A stretch of 64,000 nucleotides of DNA from Microthyrium microscopicum (Eukaryota). Numbering within the stretch: the first letter of the stretch is position 1; every line of letters starts with the position of its first letter. The translations under genes were made by a program, and so were the position numbers. The stretch is from positions 2,247,860 to 2,311,859 of the forward strand of contig MU004231.1 in assembly GCA_010405405.1 (NCBI GenBank). The letters run 5' to 3'. This document shows positions 11,409-24,768 of this stretch, piece by piece. Under the pieces are notes generated by a model. That model searched no databases and was not told the origin of the DNA. It was given only the letters and a program-made list of their open reading frames with translations.

Positions 11409-14400
11409 ATGAATAGACAATTGGACTCATGCTTCAGTGACAATTCATTTGGGCCGACTGTACAAGGTTGCAGAGGCGACTTCGATTTTACATTGCGGTT
11501 TGAGCATGTCTTCTTCTCCATTGTACCAGCAATATGTTTTTGGGGTGTAGCCTCATTTCGAATTGGGCTATTGGCACGAAATAGTGAGCGAATCTTGGGT
11601 GGAGCCTTTCAAATCTTAAAGATTGTGAGTTGACAACTTGACATACGAGTGGAAGATCTTTCAACTGACAGATTGAGACAATAATTAGCATTTACACTGC
11701 CATTCAACTTGCTTTGTTAATCTTGACGAGCCAGGCACCAATCTTCGCCCACAATTCGGCTGTCGTTTCTGCTGCTTTTGCTTTCGTCAGTGGCTTTTTT
11801 ATAGCCATTTTGTCCTATTTCGAGCATTCAAAATCACTTCGAACATCACTACTCCTGTCGTCTTATCTTCTCCTTACAATTCTCTTCGAGGCTGCGCAGT
11901 CCCGGACACTCCTGATCATCTCAACATCATGGCCTATTGGGAGACTTTATGCCGCTGCTGTTGGAGTCAAAGTTAGCATTCTCTTACTAGAATGCAGATC
12001 CAAATTGCGGTGGGAAATATCTCCTCCCAAAGAGCGCAGTCTCGAAACATCCATGAACTTATTCAGCCTTCTCTCATATGCCTGGCTGAAGCGTTTGTTT
12101 GTTCTTGGAAACCGGAAACTGCTGGACGTGGACGATCTTCTTTTACTGGACGATACAATGACTCCAGATAAACTAGATTTTGAATTCTGGGACGAATGGA
12201 TCAAACCAAGCCGACGTGGACGGAAAGCTCGACTTGCCTTGGCTCTACTAAAGGCTCTTGGATGGCGCTTCTGGCTTCCGACTATCCCTCGCCTTACCAG
12301 AGTGGCATTCGATTTTTGCCAGCCTCTGTTGATCAACCAAGTTCAATCATTTCTACTCTCGTCGAACCCACCGGCAAGGAACGGTAAAGCCTTGATCGGG
12401 GCAGCAGTCCTCATCTATAGTGGGCAGACCATATCCATTACCGTTGGCAGATATTATGGCGCTCGAAATGTTGCAATGCTTCGGGGATATCTTGTTTCGG
12501 GCATCTTTCGCAAGACGACCATACTGAAGCTCGGCTCAGACGAACACAAGAGTTCTCTCACACTCATGAGCACAGATGTCGAAAGATGTCGTATGGGATT
12601 CTTCATGGTGCTAGACTCGTGGACAAATGTCATCGAGTTTGCACTTGCAGCATGGCTTTTGCAACGACAACTTGGAATAGCATTCCTTGTGCCAATTGGA
12701 GTTGTGCTTCTCTGTTTTATTGGAACACTTGTCATCGGAAGATTGACTCCAAAATACAACCGAAATTGGGTAACTGCAACTCAGCGCAGAGTTGGATCTA
12801 CAGCAAATGTCATCGCGAACATGAAAAGCTTGAAGATATCTGGCTTGTCGTTACAGCTTAAGGATGTTATTCATAAAATGCGCCAGAAAGAAATCAGGGC
12901 TGGCAATATCTTCAGATGGACGATTGTCATTTCTGTTGTTTTCGGATTCGGGCCGGCTATCGTGTCGCCTGTTCTGACTTTTGCCGCTACAAATCGGGAT
13001 GTCGATTCTACTCGGGCCTTTACTTCACTATCCTACCTTTCTCTAATGCTGCAGCCGCTGAGTCAACTCTTTCAAGTCATTCCTATGCTCCTGGCTACTT
13101 TGACATGTCTGGACAGAATTGCTGCTTATCTCGAAGCCGAACCATGGACTGAGTATCGAAGATTCGAATCGAGGTCCTCCATATCATCGGAAGAGCAGCA
13201 CGGTGAAAAGCCAGATTGTCTCGAGAAAACAAATGGCTATGATCCCGCGATTCATGAATCCCACAACTCCCAAGCTGCTTTCAGCATCAGAAATGGATCC
13301 TTTGCCTGGAACGACGCAAAACGTGCATTCCATGACATCAATCTCACCATTCCTGCAGCTCAGCTCACGATGGTCGTTGGTCCCGTCGGATCAGGAAAGT
13401 CAACACTGTGTAAAACACTATTAGGAGAAATACCGATTGCCCAAGGCGAAGTCGTTTGCAACTTGAAGCGAAACAGCATAGGCTTTTGTGACCAGATCCC
13501 GTTCCTTCCTAACGCTTCGATAAAAGATGTCATCTTGGGTTGTACCGAGTTTGATGCAGACTGGTATAACAAAGTCTTGAGCTCTACAGATCTGTTGTCC
13601 GATATCAAGACATTTGAAAATGGCGACTTGACCAAAATTGGACCTAGTGGCTCCACATTGAGCGGAGGTCAGAAACATCGTATTGCCATTGCACGTGCAA
13701 TATATGCGAGACCAGAGGCGCTGGTTTTCGATGACATATTCAGTGGGCTTGACGGCCCAACTGAGCAGATCATCTTTCAGAGAGTTTTTAGTCGAGGTGG
13801 CTTACTCCAGAAGCTTGGATCTACAGTCATTCTCTGTACCCATGCTGTCAAACACCTACCATACGCGGATCACATCATCGCACTTGGTTCGGATGGTACC
13901 ATATTGGAGCAAGGAAGCTTCTCAGATCTCTCGTCCAACAATGGTTACGTCCAGTCCCTCCAAGTTCAAAGCGGCGTGTCCTCAGATGCGCAAGCATTTG
14001 ATGAGAGTGAACGATCTCCTGAGCCGTTGACGGCGACTGCAGAGTCTAAGCAACACTTGGACGACCGCAGGAGACAACTGGGCGATGTTACGGTTTACAA
14101 GATCTATCTCTCAACCATAGGGCCTATTATGATCCTAACATGGATTATTGCAGTCCTTGCTTTTGGGGCCACTGATAATTTCTCCACAGTCTGGCTTGAA
14201 TTTTGGTCTACTTACACCACCAACCATCCAGGCGATCGATCCAAGCAAGCCTACTACTTGGGCATATATGCACTGATTAAAGGCATTTCCCTAGTGGCTG
14301 TTTGCTTGGGAGTGGCTTTGGTTGAATTGGTAATGGTCGCAAAATCGGGCGAAACATTCCATATCAAGGCAATCCAGACTGTAATTGCTGCTCCATTATC

Positions 14401-16002
14401 TTTGTTCACTTCCACGCCGCCGGGAGTCATTCTCAATCGCTTTTCCCAGGATTTGAACATTGTTGATTCGGAGCTTCCCATGTCCCTGAACAACTTGGCT
14501 TTTACAGGCTCCATATGCATTGGAATGGCGGCCGTGGTAGCCATCGCATCACCATATTTAGCAGTCTCTTACCCCATTCTTCTTGGCCTTCTTTACCTCC
14601 TACAGAAATATTATCTGAGAACTTCAAGACAGCTACGATATTTGGACCTGGAAACAAAAAGCCCACTTTTGTAAGTTCTCGCCAATCTCACTTCGGCTCA
14701 TGGAGAGTTTTACACACTAATCATTTAATAGCACTCATTATCTAGAAACCCTCGCTGGTCTCCCAACACTAAGAGCTTTCGGCTGGATGCCCTCCCTCCT
14801 CTCCATCAACCAACAGCTCATGGATGGCTCTCAAAGGTCAATATTCTCGCTCGCCATCGTCCAGGAAGCACTTGTCGCAACACTATACTGGGCAAACGCT
14901 ATCCTGGCAGTTTTGGTGGTCACTTTAGCCACACAGCTCCGCGTCAGCGCCGGTTTCACGGGTGTTGCTTTGGTGTCATTGATGCAATTTGGTTTGATGC
15001 TCGCTGCAATCATTCGCTCGTGGACCATGCTGGAAATCTCTATTGGGGCTGTTAGTCGACTGGAAAGCTTTACGAAAACTATTAAAAGCGAGCATTTGGA
15101 TGGTGAGACTCAGGAACCCCCTGAGAATTGGCCACAGACTGGTTCGGTCGAAATAAGGAATGTCTCTGCGGCATATACGTAAGATAATGATCCTTCACTG
15201 CTATAAGAACAACGCGCTAACTATTACAAGTAAGGATTTCGAAGACTGTGGAACCAAAAAAGATGAAAAGAGTGACGATAGACTAGCACTGCGAGACATA
15301 ACACTATCCATAGCGCCAGGTGAGAAAGTAGGCATTGTAGGAAGAACAGGAAGGTATGAATATCTCTCTCACGCCACACATTACCCATTACTGACACAAC
15401 ATAGTGGCAAATCATCCCTAATTCTGCTCCTCTTACGCCTCATCGACCCATTACCAGGCAGTGACTGGACCATCACAATCGACGGTATCGCCCTCGAAAC
15501 CCTCAACCGCGACAGAGTCCGCTCCTGCATAATCGCACTACCCCAAGACACTTTCTTTCTCCCCGATGGCCACTCCTACCAGGAAAATCTCGACCCTTAC
15601 AACAACTCCACACCCCAAGATGGTCGTGAGGCGCTCGAAACAGTCGGTCTATGGCCTCTTGTTGAAGAGCGCGGCGGTATCGATACGGCGATGAATGAAG
15701 AGCATCTCAGCCAGGGTCAAAAGCAGCTTTTTAGTGTCGCGAGAGCGATCCTTCGAGCGAAGACGAGGTCTAAAGAGGGAGCAACTGGTGGCGTTCTGTT
15801 ACTGGATGAAGTTACTTCTAGCGTGGATGGAGCTACTGATGTGCTCATTCAGGAAATACTGCGGAAGGAATTTGCGAGTTATAGTATTATTGCTGTTGCG
15901 CATCGTTTGGAGACTTTGAGGGATTTTGATCGGGTTGTTGTTATGGAGAATGGGGGGATTAAAGAGATTAGAGATCCTAAGGTTAATAATGGCGAGTTTT
16001 AG
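11409..16002 (+). CDS. ABC transporter, ABCC/MRP type, 5 exons
   Basis: N-terminal FGP..GCRGDFDFTL.FE block, two TM domains, NBD1 GPVGSGKS/LSGGQ/VFDD, NBD2 GRTGSGKSS (split by an intron)/LSQGQ/LLDE/AHRL. Four GT-AG introns join the track ORFs in frame. Confidence 0.95.
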
Positions 16003-17770
16003 CACGGCGTAATGTAAGAAGTATGGGGAAATAATTTAATTAAGGTTTTGATTGTAGAACATAGGTTGAACTGAGGATTTTGATCAATGTCGTCTTTCAT
16101 GTTCTGCCATGAAGTTCCTTCTTTGTCTTTCTGGAAGTGGCAGCGATATCATCTTTTATGAGATGAGTTCTAGCAAGACCATACACATAGTCGTGCTTGA
16201 TTTAATTCACAGAAGGCACTGCTTTTGGAGGTTTTTGACTCGTTCCCGGCAGGATCAATTTGTTTGCGGTGCATGTTTACATTAGAGGACAAGTTACAAC
16301 CCAGCGACAGCGTCGTTGGAGGAGTGTTAAAAGTGACATGCAGTTTCAATTTTGATATTGCTAAGACATATGGACGAAGCAGCACAAGCGTTGGACAGGC
16401 TTTTCAAAAAGCAACTGTTCATGCGAGTCGAATATATTTATTTCTTGGCATTGGATTCAAAATAGGCATAAAGGGATGATGTTTAGTATCACTGAGGCTA
16501 GGGTGTGTAACGATCCGGGACGGGTTCGGTTCGGAAGCAACGCCCCAAGAGCAACAGAGATGCGCATATAAAGATTAAGGATAGCAGCCGATGGAAACAG
16601 ATGGACGAACTACTGTCGACTTGCATATGGATGAACTAAGTGCTGCATGTACAACGGCAAGTAATGCAATGGTGGGCATCGACAGCCTGTCTGTCATTCA
16701 ACATGAAGATCCCCCAATGTCTCGGGAGGAGTGAATGGTTTCATTTTGGGAGTTGGATGTCTGGATGTCTGGATGTTTAATGATTTCAAAGCAGATTTCT
16801 TTGTTGAAATGGTTTGATAGAAATAGAAGGGTTTGGGCCCCCTTCAGCCCCTTATCCAACCCCTCCCTCTCCTTGTCCTTTTCCTTTGACAAACCCTGCT
16901 GCCCTGTTGCGGTACCAGACAGACAATAATCCGGATGATTTTAGGGGGCAATTGTGTATTCGGGCCTTTTCTATTGTTGGCAGGAACCAAGGTTTTAGAA
17001 GAGTCAAAGAAAGTATTTATCCTTTGAAAGTTGTGATGCATGTCGCAATTATTGCCCCAACCAACGTACCTCGTGCAGGTTTTACTCTACTGTAACAAAA
17101 GCACTATTAACCTAATCAGCAAGCATTTTTAATTTGTCCGAGAAGAAAACTATCGAGAAAAAGAAATCTTGGGGCTGGTCGGATGGTATATGGTATCAAG
17201 TTGTAAGAATAGAAGTGTCTGTTGTCTGAGAATTATCGAGATATAGCAAGAAACAGCGGGAAGGAAGGAGGCATAACAGGTAGTAATAGGGTACGGGACC
17301 ATAGGATTAGGAAAAGAAGGAAGAATCATATATTCATACACAGGTACATACTAGGATTGGATTGCTCCTGCCTAACTGACACAACTGTTCCTTCCATCGC
17401 GACTGACTGCCACCAAACCAGGGCCCGATTGTCTTTTCTCTCACTCGGGCTTTCTCCTCTCCAGCCTCACACACTCACCACTCACCACTCGACGGCCACT
17501 TGCCAGTTGCCAGTCATCAGGCCAACCACCAAACACTCAACTCTCACCCATCCTACTATCTTCACTTCTCTTTTCTTCTTCTTCACATAACCCCGTTCGT
17601 CGCCTGCAATACCCGTCGTTATCTGCGCTGCATCTTGCTCTAAATAATCTTATCCTCATCCACTCGTAATCTATCTGCAGCTTCCCAGCCCGCTGCTGCC
17701 GCTAGCCTGCTCTCGACCATCATACATCTACCCATCATTCCAATACTTCTCATTAATCACACTGTTCATC

Positions 17771-20710
17771 ATGGACGGCAATCCACCGCCTCCAGTCGCC
17801 GAGATGGACGTACCTGATCGTCCCACTACCCACGACGATATTCCCGAGGAATCCGATGGTCTTACCAGCCCACTATCGCCAGACTCGGGCCCAACTTTTG
17901 GCCCTCCACCCGCACGTCTCGCCGCTCGATTTTACCGACCATCCGCTGCCTCAAGGCGAAAGTCCTCGGCCGCTTCCTCCCGCCGTAATTCCCTCTCTTC
18001 CCAGCAGTCTGTACAATCCAACAGCTCCTACCGTCAGGCATGCCGCCAGAATCATGTTGCCCAGTACCTGCGCCGTGCTAGCATTATCGAGAGCCGCAAG
18101 GCCCGACTTGCCGCACGAGAGGCACATGCTGATCAGGTCCGGTTACGCGCTGCTCTTGCCAGGACTGCACCGCGATCCTCAAATAGTGAGGAACGAGCAT
18201 TGGCCGCGAAACAAGCTCGCGATGAGCGCCTAGGTCAGATTGCTGCAACCTGCGCAGAAGAGGTGCGAAGGGCCAAAAGGATAGCAGAAGAGACGAAGGA
18301 GAGAAGGGCGGCGGAAGAGGAGAGGTATCGTGTCGAAATGGAGGAGAAGCTGGCTGATGCGGAAAAGAGACGCATAGAATATTACAAAAAGAATCTGCGA
18401 AGGCCCAGGACTGCAAGTACGCCGCCCAATGCAGACATCAAGAAGGCTATTATCAAGGAAATGAGCGATGAGGAGCGCGAGCGAGCTGTTACGCGATTGC
18501 AGCGCGTTTGGAGAATAAACAGGCGCAGCAAGGCATTTGATGAATTTTCACAACTTGGGTTGAGTATCGACAAGGTTCATAATACAACCTTTGATGATAT
18601 CAAAGAACGCCTCTGCGACCATCGCGTTTTGGAAATCACCTCCAAAGTCTTGAACCTCCTTCAAATCAGATCGACAGAAGCAGACGTTCAGGATCCGCAT
18701 GCTACTACGAAGACATTTTTGACAGCCTACCTACTGTTGGGACATCCAGCTCAGGTGATGAGTCAAGACGGAGAACAAGAACAGGATGTCATCCAAAAGG
18801 CCAAAGATCTCATCATCAGCTTTGAAGCAGCTTTGTCTAAAGCAACTGCTGAAAACAAATATACGACGCCCTCCACATCGTTAGAAGACATTCATCTAAC
18901 ATACACGGCTTACCTGACTGCATTTTCGGACTGGAAAACCAAGGACAAGACTATTCTTATTGAACTACTGGTTCAAGACTTTGTCAACCTGGATGCGATT
19001 TGGCAGACGGTCAAAGATGACTCGGATGGCAAAGTCGCTGATGATTACCAATCAGGAATTCGTGAGAATCAAGTCTTTCTTCTTGCCCGATTACGCAAGC
19101 TTGCTGGACCGGATCGGGCCAATTTATTGATTAGAAAAGCCATTCGAGATAGTCGTCGCCAGAAACAAGCCGAGAAAAGAAAACTCATAGGAGACGTCCG
19201 CCCTCGTGCGGCTGATGCAGATAAAATTCATCCAGAACCTAGTACTGGAGAAGAAAGCACACCCACTGTAGAAACCGCACAACTCACTCCAAAGCCTCCA
19301 CAGTCTGATGCTATCCAAACAAAATCCATTTCACAAATTTTCTCGGTCATGCCGTCGAACCGGGTGGTTACCCACGAACTGGTCATCGACAAGGATTACA
19401 GAATCGATACGTCTCCTCATACCAAGGCTCGGGATGAAGTTCACCGTAAGATCTGCGACTCCATGAGAGATGCTTTCAAGAAAGGAGAAGGCGATAGATG
19501 GACTGTTGCAACTGCAGAGAATGTTAGAGCCAAGCTCTTGCATCTGCTTGTTGGCTCAAGAGGCGAAGGTTCACTCTACCATCTCATATCCGAGGCATTG
19601 GATCCGGAACTAATTCAAAGACAATGCTCTCAGGGTATTTTCTCTTATCAGAATTTTTTCAGCTTTATTGCGACTATTCTGCCAAAGCTTTGCGCTCCGG
19701 TCCGCGATGAAGAGGTCAAGGCGCTCGCTGAGGATCTGCAACAATTTGGCAGTCTCGAAGAGATGATCGAAAAGCTATTCAAGCTCTTTCATATTATTGA
19801 CGTGCTTGCACTGGATTACTCAAACTTTCTCTTATCCAACGTGGCTGCTCGGCTGATCAAGGAAGCTCCTGGGTATGAGCAACGCATGTTTGCTAGGGAA
19901 CTTAATGAGGGCAAAATTACCTTACTCAAAACAAAGCGCTGGTGGAATAACGCGTCCGTCAACGTCCTTACGGAGGCCGATCGACTTGACCCGTCATATC
20001 GCCCGACTTTGCAAAAGATCTATGCCCGTGGCCTGGTGGATCTTGCAGTCGCAACGCCACCGCTTCGCGACAATGATGTGCCCGAAACACTCGAACTGGA
20101 TAAATCGCGCCTCGAGCGCATACGCGAACAATCAGTCCGTGTCACCATTGTCGGAACTATCCTTCTCAGCGCCAAGAACCTTCTCAAACGCGACGTGCGA
20201 AGTCAATGGAAATCTGAGGCAAATAGGCTGCTTGACATCCTCAAAACAGGCTATACCGACGACGCTCAGCCAGCTCGAGTACTGTCAGTGATCGACACTG
20301 CGCATACGCTTCCACCAGCGACCAAGGCTCAATTGGGCTCTACCATTGCACGCCTTCTCTCACAGGCTGCAACTGGACGTTTTACAGATCCTGTCGCAAA
20401 GGTGCTCTTCCAGCGACTGAAGACACATATTTTTTCTCGAATCTCGGCCAGTAGTAGCGGCGAACGTGTGCGTGCTGTCAGTACGGCCAGTGAAAGTCTT
20501 AGCACCGCCGGTCTACCTGAATTTGGTAATATTGTCGGAGGCCTTGTGGATCTGCTCAGCAAAGTTGGTGATGCTGATCGCAAGTCCCATGGTATATGGT
20601 ACGAGAAGATTGCAGCAGAGAATGAAGATGACGCTGGCGAGACGATGCAAACTGAGACTGATGGCGCAACTGACAGCAACGAGAACGCAGAGCCTAGCAG
20701 CGCCGCATAA
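17771..20710 (+). CDS. T-complex protein 11 (Tcp11/Sok1-like) protein with coiled coil and IQ-like motif
   Basis: 979-aa intronless ORF. N-terminal R/E coiled coil, LQRVWR IQ-like motif, Tcp11-type blocks HEL..D, LCAPVRDEEV, LDYSNF and VPETLELD..R. Confidence 0.85.
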   Translation: MDGNPPPPVAEMDVPDRPTTHDDIPEESDGLTSPLSPDSGPTFGPPPARLAARFYRPSAASRRKSSAASSRRNSLSSQQSVQSNSSYRQACRQNHVAQYLRRASIIESRKARLAAREAHADQVRLRAALARTAPRSSNSEERALAAKQARDERLGQIAATCAEEVRRAKRIAEETKERRAAEEERYRVEMEEKLADAEKRRIEYYKKNLRRPRTASTPPNADIKKAIIKEMSDEERERAVTRLQRVWRINRRSKAFDEFSQLGLSIDKVHNTTFDDIKERLCDHRVLEITSKVLNLLQIRSTEADVQDPHATTKTFLTAYLLLGHPAQVMSQDGEQEQDVIQKAKDLIISFEAALSKATAENKYTTPSTSLEDIHLTYTAYLTAFSDWKTKDKTILIELLVQDFVNLDAIWQTVKDDSDGKVADDYQSGIRENQVFLLARLRKLAGPDRANLLIRKAIRDSRRQKQAEKRKLIGDVRPRAADADKIHPEPSTGEESTPTVETAQLTPKPPQSDAIQTKSISQIFSVMPSNRVVTHELVIDKDYRIDTSPHTKARDEVHRKICDSMRDAFKKGEGDRWTVATAENVRAKLLHLLVGSRGEGSLYHLISEALDPELIQRQCSQGIFSYQNFFSFIATILPKLCAPVRDEEVKALAEDLQQFGSLEEMIEKLFKLFHIIDVLALDYSNFLLSNVAARLIKEAPGYEQRMFARELNEGKITLLKTKRWWNNASVNVLTEADRLDPSYRPTLQKIYARGLVDLAVATPPLRDNDVPETLELDKSRLERIREQSVRVTIVGTILLSAKNLLKRDVRSQWKSEANRLLDILKTGYTDDAQPARVLSVIDTAHTLPPATKAQLGSTIARLLSQAATGRFTDPVAKVLFQRLKTHIFSRISASSSGERVRAVSTASESLSTAGLPEFGNIVGGLVDLLSKVGDADRKSHGIWYEKIAAENEDDAGETMQTETDGATDSNENAEPSSAA

Positions 20711-21123
20711 TGAGTTTGTCTGAAGTGGCAGAATTTCACACACCCACTTAAGATGGCATGCTGATCACGACGTGTACGACAATCTCTTTCTTTTTCTTTT
20801 TGAAATCTCGATATCATACGGGTCGGTGGCATATTGCATTAGTTTGGCGTTTGGATTGTTTTTTTGTCTTGTCTCGTTGAGGGGCATGTATCATTCGTCC
20901 CGGCGTTTTCATGGGTTCTGTTCATTATCATCTCGGTTCGAACTGGGAAATTGTTCGAGCTCAAATGAGCTCTAATATACGATATCATTAGTAGCAAAGC
21001 ATGAGCATATGCATATTTCTCAATAACACACATTCGCACTATTCCCAAATGAAGCTCGCTCGCTAACATGCATGCTGTTAATCGTGAACAATAACCTCGC
21101 TCCTATCCATCCAATGCCGCATA

Positions 21124-22040
21124 TCAGACCACAAACGGAATCACAGCCTTTCGACTACCGACCTTCTCCCTGCCAAAACGCTCCACATACCAATTCCACC
21201 CATTCCAAGCCCGCGGCAACATCGTAACAATCTCATTGATAAAAAACGTCTGCGCAGGCAAACATCCCGCACCCGCAAAGATCCAGAAACCAGCCCACTC
21301 CACCCACTCCGTAAAGTAATGCGGATACAGCACCCACCTGAACAAACCCCGTTCCGGCATCACATAAACCTTCGCACTCTTCAACTCCTCCTTCTCCTCC
21401 ACCGACTTCCCCTCCGCCTCCTTCGCGCGTCGCGTCACTTCATCGCGCCTTATCTTCCTCAACTCCTCATCATGCCACCAATTCCCCGCCAACCCCAGCG
21501 CCCACAATGCGCCGCCAACAACACACTGTGCACCCATTCCCTCCCACGCATCAGCGCTCGTACGCCCATAAGCACCTATCCAGGCGCCAAGAGAGACGCC
21601 GTTGAGGACTTGGAATGCGGCGGCACAGATCCAGACGAAGGCGTGGATGGGCGACATGCTTGGATTTAGGAAGAGGGGCGCTAGGATGGCGCGGTGGATG
21701 TAGTGGGTGGCGAACATGCCTACCATGAGTTTATTTTGTAGCGGTAAGGTGGATAGGCCGCCGGAGAGGGTGTGGGAGGTGTAGAGGAGGGAGAGGAGGC
21801 CGGGGATTTCCATGGTGAACCAGCCGATTGCGCCGGGGATGTTGAGGCTGGAGGAGACGGAGGTTTTGCCCATTGGATACCATGGGGTTATGAATTGGAT
21901 GAAAGAGAGCTGGGAGTTGTTAGTTTGGAGGAAATGGGTGGTAGGAGGGGAGTGTTTACGGGAGAGATGTAGGCGAAGGCGGTGCAGATTGTGTTGTAGT
22001 TTGCTTGGCTGGGGGGCAGCCAGCCGGGTATTATTGGCAT
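21124..22040 (-). CDS. 3-oxo-5-alpha-steroid 4-dehydrogenase (steroid 5-alpha-reductase family), 2 exons
   Basis: GWFTMEIPG, HYIHRA, N..HD..L, P..GLF.WV.YPHY..EWVEW and RKAVIPFV motifs. First exon MPIIPGWLPP...YISP spliced through a GT-AG intron. Confidence 0.92.
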
Positions 22041-23337
22041 AATGGGCGGTCTTTTTGCTGAATGGAGGATGGGGGAGTTGGTCGTCAATGGGCTTGAAGG
22101 TACCTGTTAAGTAGGTAGTTGGAGGAGGTTTGTGTAAGAGCTGAGGTGTGGAAGTTGGAGGAGCGGCGATGATGCGTTCTTAAGATATTCAACACCAAGT
22201 GGCCCAAGCTCTTTCTCAGCCTCGTGAATACTGCTTTGCTGCATTTCATTGGTGTGATTGTATAATTGCCCAAATACTTGGTAACCAACAAAATCAAACC
22301 GAATTCGTTATTGTGCATTGTACAAGATGCGCTATGTTTTAATAGGCCAGATGGTATAGTTTCTTCTCCACAGTGTAAGTACCTGGTATGACGACTAGAG
22401 CCTTTGCTATTCATAGTAAATTACCCCACAAAGCTTATACATGTATTTCAAGTGAAGTGGATACGTTGGCATGGTATGTATACATCCAGAGATTGGCAAG
22501 CGAGTGCACTGTGAATCTGTAAACCGCACCATCAACTATGACGAAACGCAAATGACAACGCTATTAGGTAGAATAAGCTCAAAGGCTGTTTGTTATTACT
22601 CCCTAATCTCCTATAACTGCACATGGCACTCGCCACATTCTGTCCTCAGACATGAATCAATCTGCTCAACACAGCAACACCTCCGCTTTCCGCTTCTCTC
22701 CTCGACAATCTCCTCGACAAAAGATAAAGTCGTTTACCAAGCAATAATAACAGAAACAAGTTATGCTCCGACCGTAGTCGTGCTAGTTTTTCCCAACGCC
22801 GATTAATAAAACCGCTTTCCTGGCGCAATGATGATGTTGAGATATCCGTATTGTATCCGGAACGCAAAGAAACCGATTTCGTAAGCTTGCGACAAAAGGT
22901 TTGTCCAATGTCGCAGTAAAAACACAAGACGCGAATATATTTGTGGTATCAAGAGAAAGGTATGCAATTCGAGCGATGGTGTGCCCTCAGTCAGGGCATG
23001 AATGGTGCAGACTCGTCTTGTGGATCGTTGTAGATCGCAGCTGGGGAATGCTGCACTTGGAGTGTGGAGAAAGGGTTCGCGCATGTTGGTGACACTTAGA
23101 TTGGCACGATTTGGGTATGATGCCAAGTGTTGCGAAAAACCTGGTAAATGTGCCTAGGGTTTCTGGACTGTGCGTAAGCTCAAAATAGGATCATCGTTGT
23201 CTGTTTGTATTTTTGACATCAATTGGTTTGAGAGTATGGTAGACGTGACGTAACCATCTGAACGGATGAGCGGATGGGAATTTTCTGAACGACTGGTGGA
23301 TTCCAAGGGGTTTGTTTGTAGGAATTGAGATTGCGAT

Positions 23338-24768
23338 CTAGAAATTCCGTGCAATTCCACCTTGTTGAGGGTGGATGTTGGATTCATTGATTTGTGTAAG
23401 TCGCCTTCCGGGGCCTTCGCGCATTATAGGTTGGCCAGCGTTGTTGTAGCCGTTTCCATTCCCGTTATCATAAGGCCCGGCTTGTGTGTAGTAGGAGTTG
23501 TCGGTATAGTACTCTTGCTGATCTGGGTGGTGATACGGCATGGGATACTCCTCGTTGGAATGATGGCCAGTCGAGTAAGTAGATGAGGCATTGGATGGCC
23601 CTCTTGCTAAACCTGCTGCTCCTGCCGCGCCTGCTGTTGGCCCAGCGGTGGCCGTGGCACCAAGAGTACCTGAATCCATAGTTCCGTTGCGATGATGCCC
23701 TGATGTTACTGCTTCTCCCACCGGACCTGCACCGGGTGCATAATTCGCATGAGTCGGCGAACCAGGTCCTGGTTGATAAGCCGTGCTGGCTTCAGAAAAG
23801 TTTGGTCCACCACTCGAGGCATTCGTAGAGGCTTTCCGAGCTATGCCACCTGCCGGTCCCCATCCACGGTATCCTGCAGCATCACCTTCTGGTTCCTCTG
23901 CATTGGTGGTCGGTAGTGAAGGGTCATCGTTAGGATTATAGCCATATGCTTCCAATTCTTTCCGCCTATCCTCTTCGTCCGCTTTTCGCTGACTTCTCCG
24001 TCTCCATAGAAATATGCCTCCTATTATTAGCAACGCTACGACGACAATAGGGATGATGACAGCAATGGCAGTTCTTCCAGCGGGTGAAAGTGCAGAGCTT
24101 CCCTTGGCGACCGGAGTCAAGGTTCCGGTATTGGTTGGCACGGTGGTTGTTTGGCCTCCATTGGTCGTTGTTGGATTATTCGAATCACTTGTTGCGGCTG
24201 GTGTAGTAGTCACAGGCGGTATTGAGGTTTGTTGAGTCGGCGGCGCGGTGACAACTGATGTGATTATCGCGGTGGAAGGCGGCACGGATGGGGCTGTAAC
24301 TACAGACGTGGTAACGGGCGGCGGCGGCGGTGTGGTTGTTGTTATCGGAGCAGGAGTAGTTGTAGTTGCTGGAGGAGGAGTAGTCGTAGTAGCGGGCGGT
24401 GGAGTTGTGGTGATTGATGTAGTATCGCTGGTTGGAGCAGCAGCGGTAGTAGGGGTGGTTGCGGTACCACCGCTCGCTGAAGCAGACATGACGCTGGTTA
24501 GGTATTCAGGGTGCTTTTAAGAAATGGTAGAGAGATAGAATGGTAGGTAAGGGTGTGGTAATGGAGGGGTATGATTAAAAGAAAGGCAAAGAAGGGAGAG
24601 AATGACGAGTAGGAACCAGGCTGGAACGCGAAAGAAAGGAATGACAAGTGCAGGTGTTGAGGCTCTCTCACCTTTGGAATTGGTGGTTGCAGTGGATGTA
24701 GAACGCGAGGAGGAAGAGGAAGTGGAGGCGTTGATGGAAGCAGCCGTGGAATTGGAAACCAGAGACAT
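23338..24768 (-). CDS. Thr/Pro-rich single-pass membrane protein (Mid2/mucin-like sensor), probably 2 exons
   Basis: Thr/Pro repeats, TM AIAVIIPIVVVALLIIGGIFLW followed by RRR, Tyr-rich tail ending GGIARNF. A putative first exon 24768..24672 joins in frame through intron 24671..24477. Start uncertain; the alternative ATG is 24489. Confidence 0.8.

Noticed and set aside
16755..16776. (GGATGTCT)n short repeat
   Set aside because: Fewer than three units; ordinary slippage.
11947..20832. Many 60-170 aa antisense or alternate-frame ORFs over the ABC and Tcp11 genes, and similar ones elsewhere
   Set aside because: Shadow ORFs of real coding sequence with no motifs of their own.
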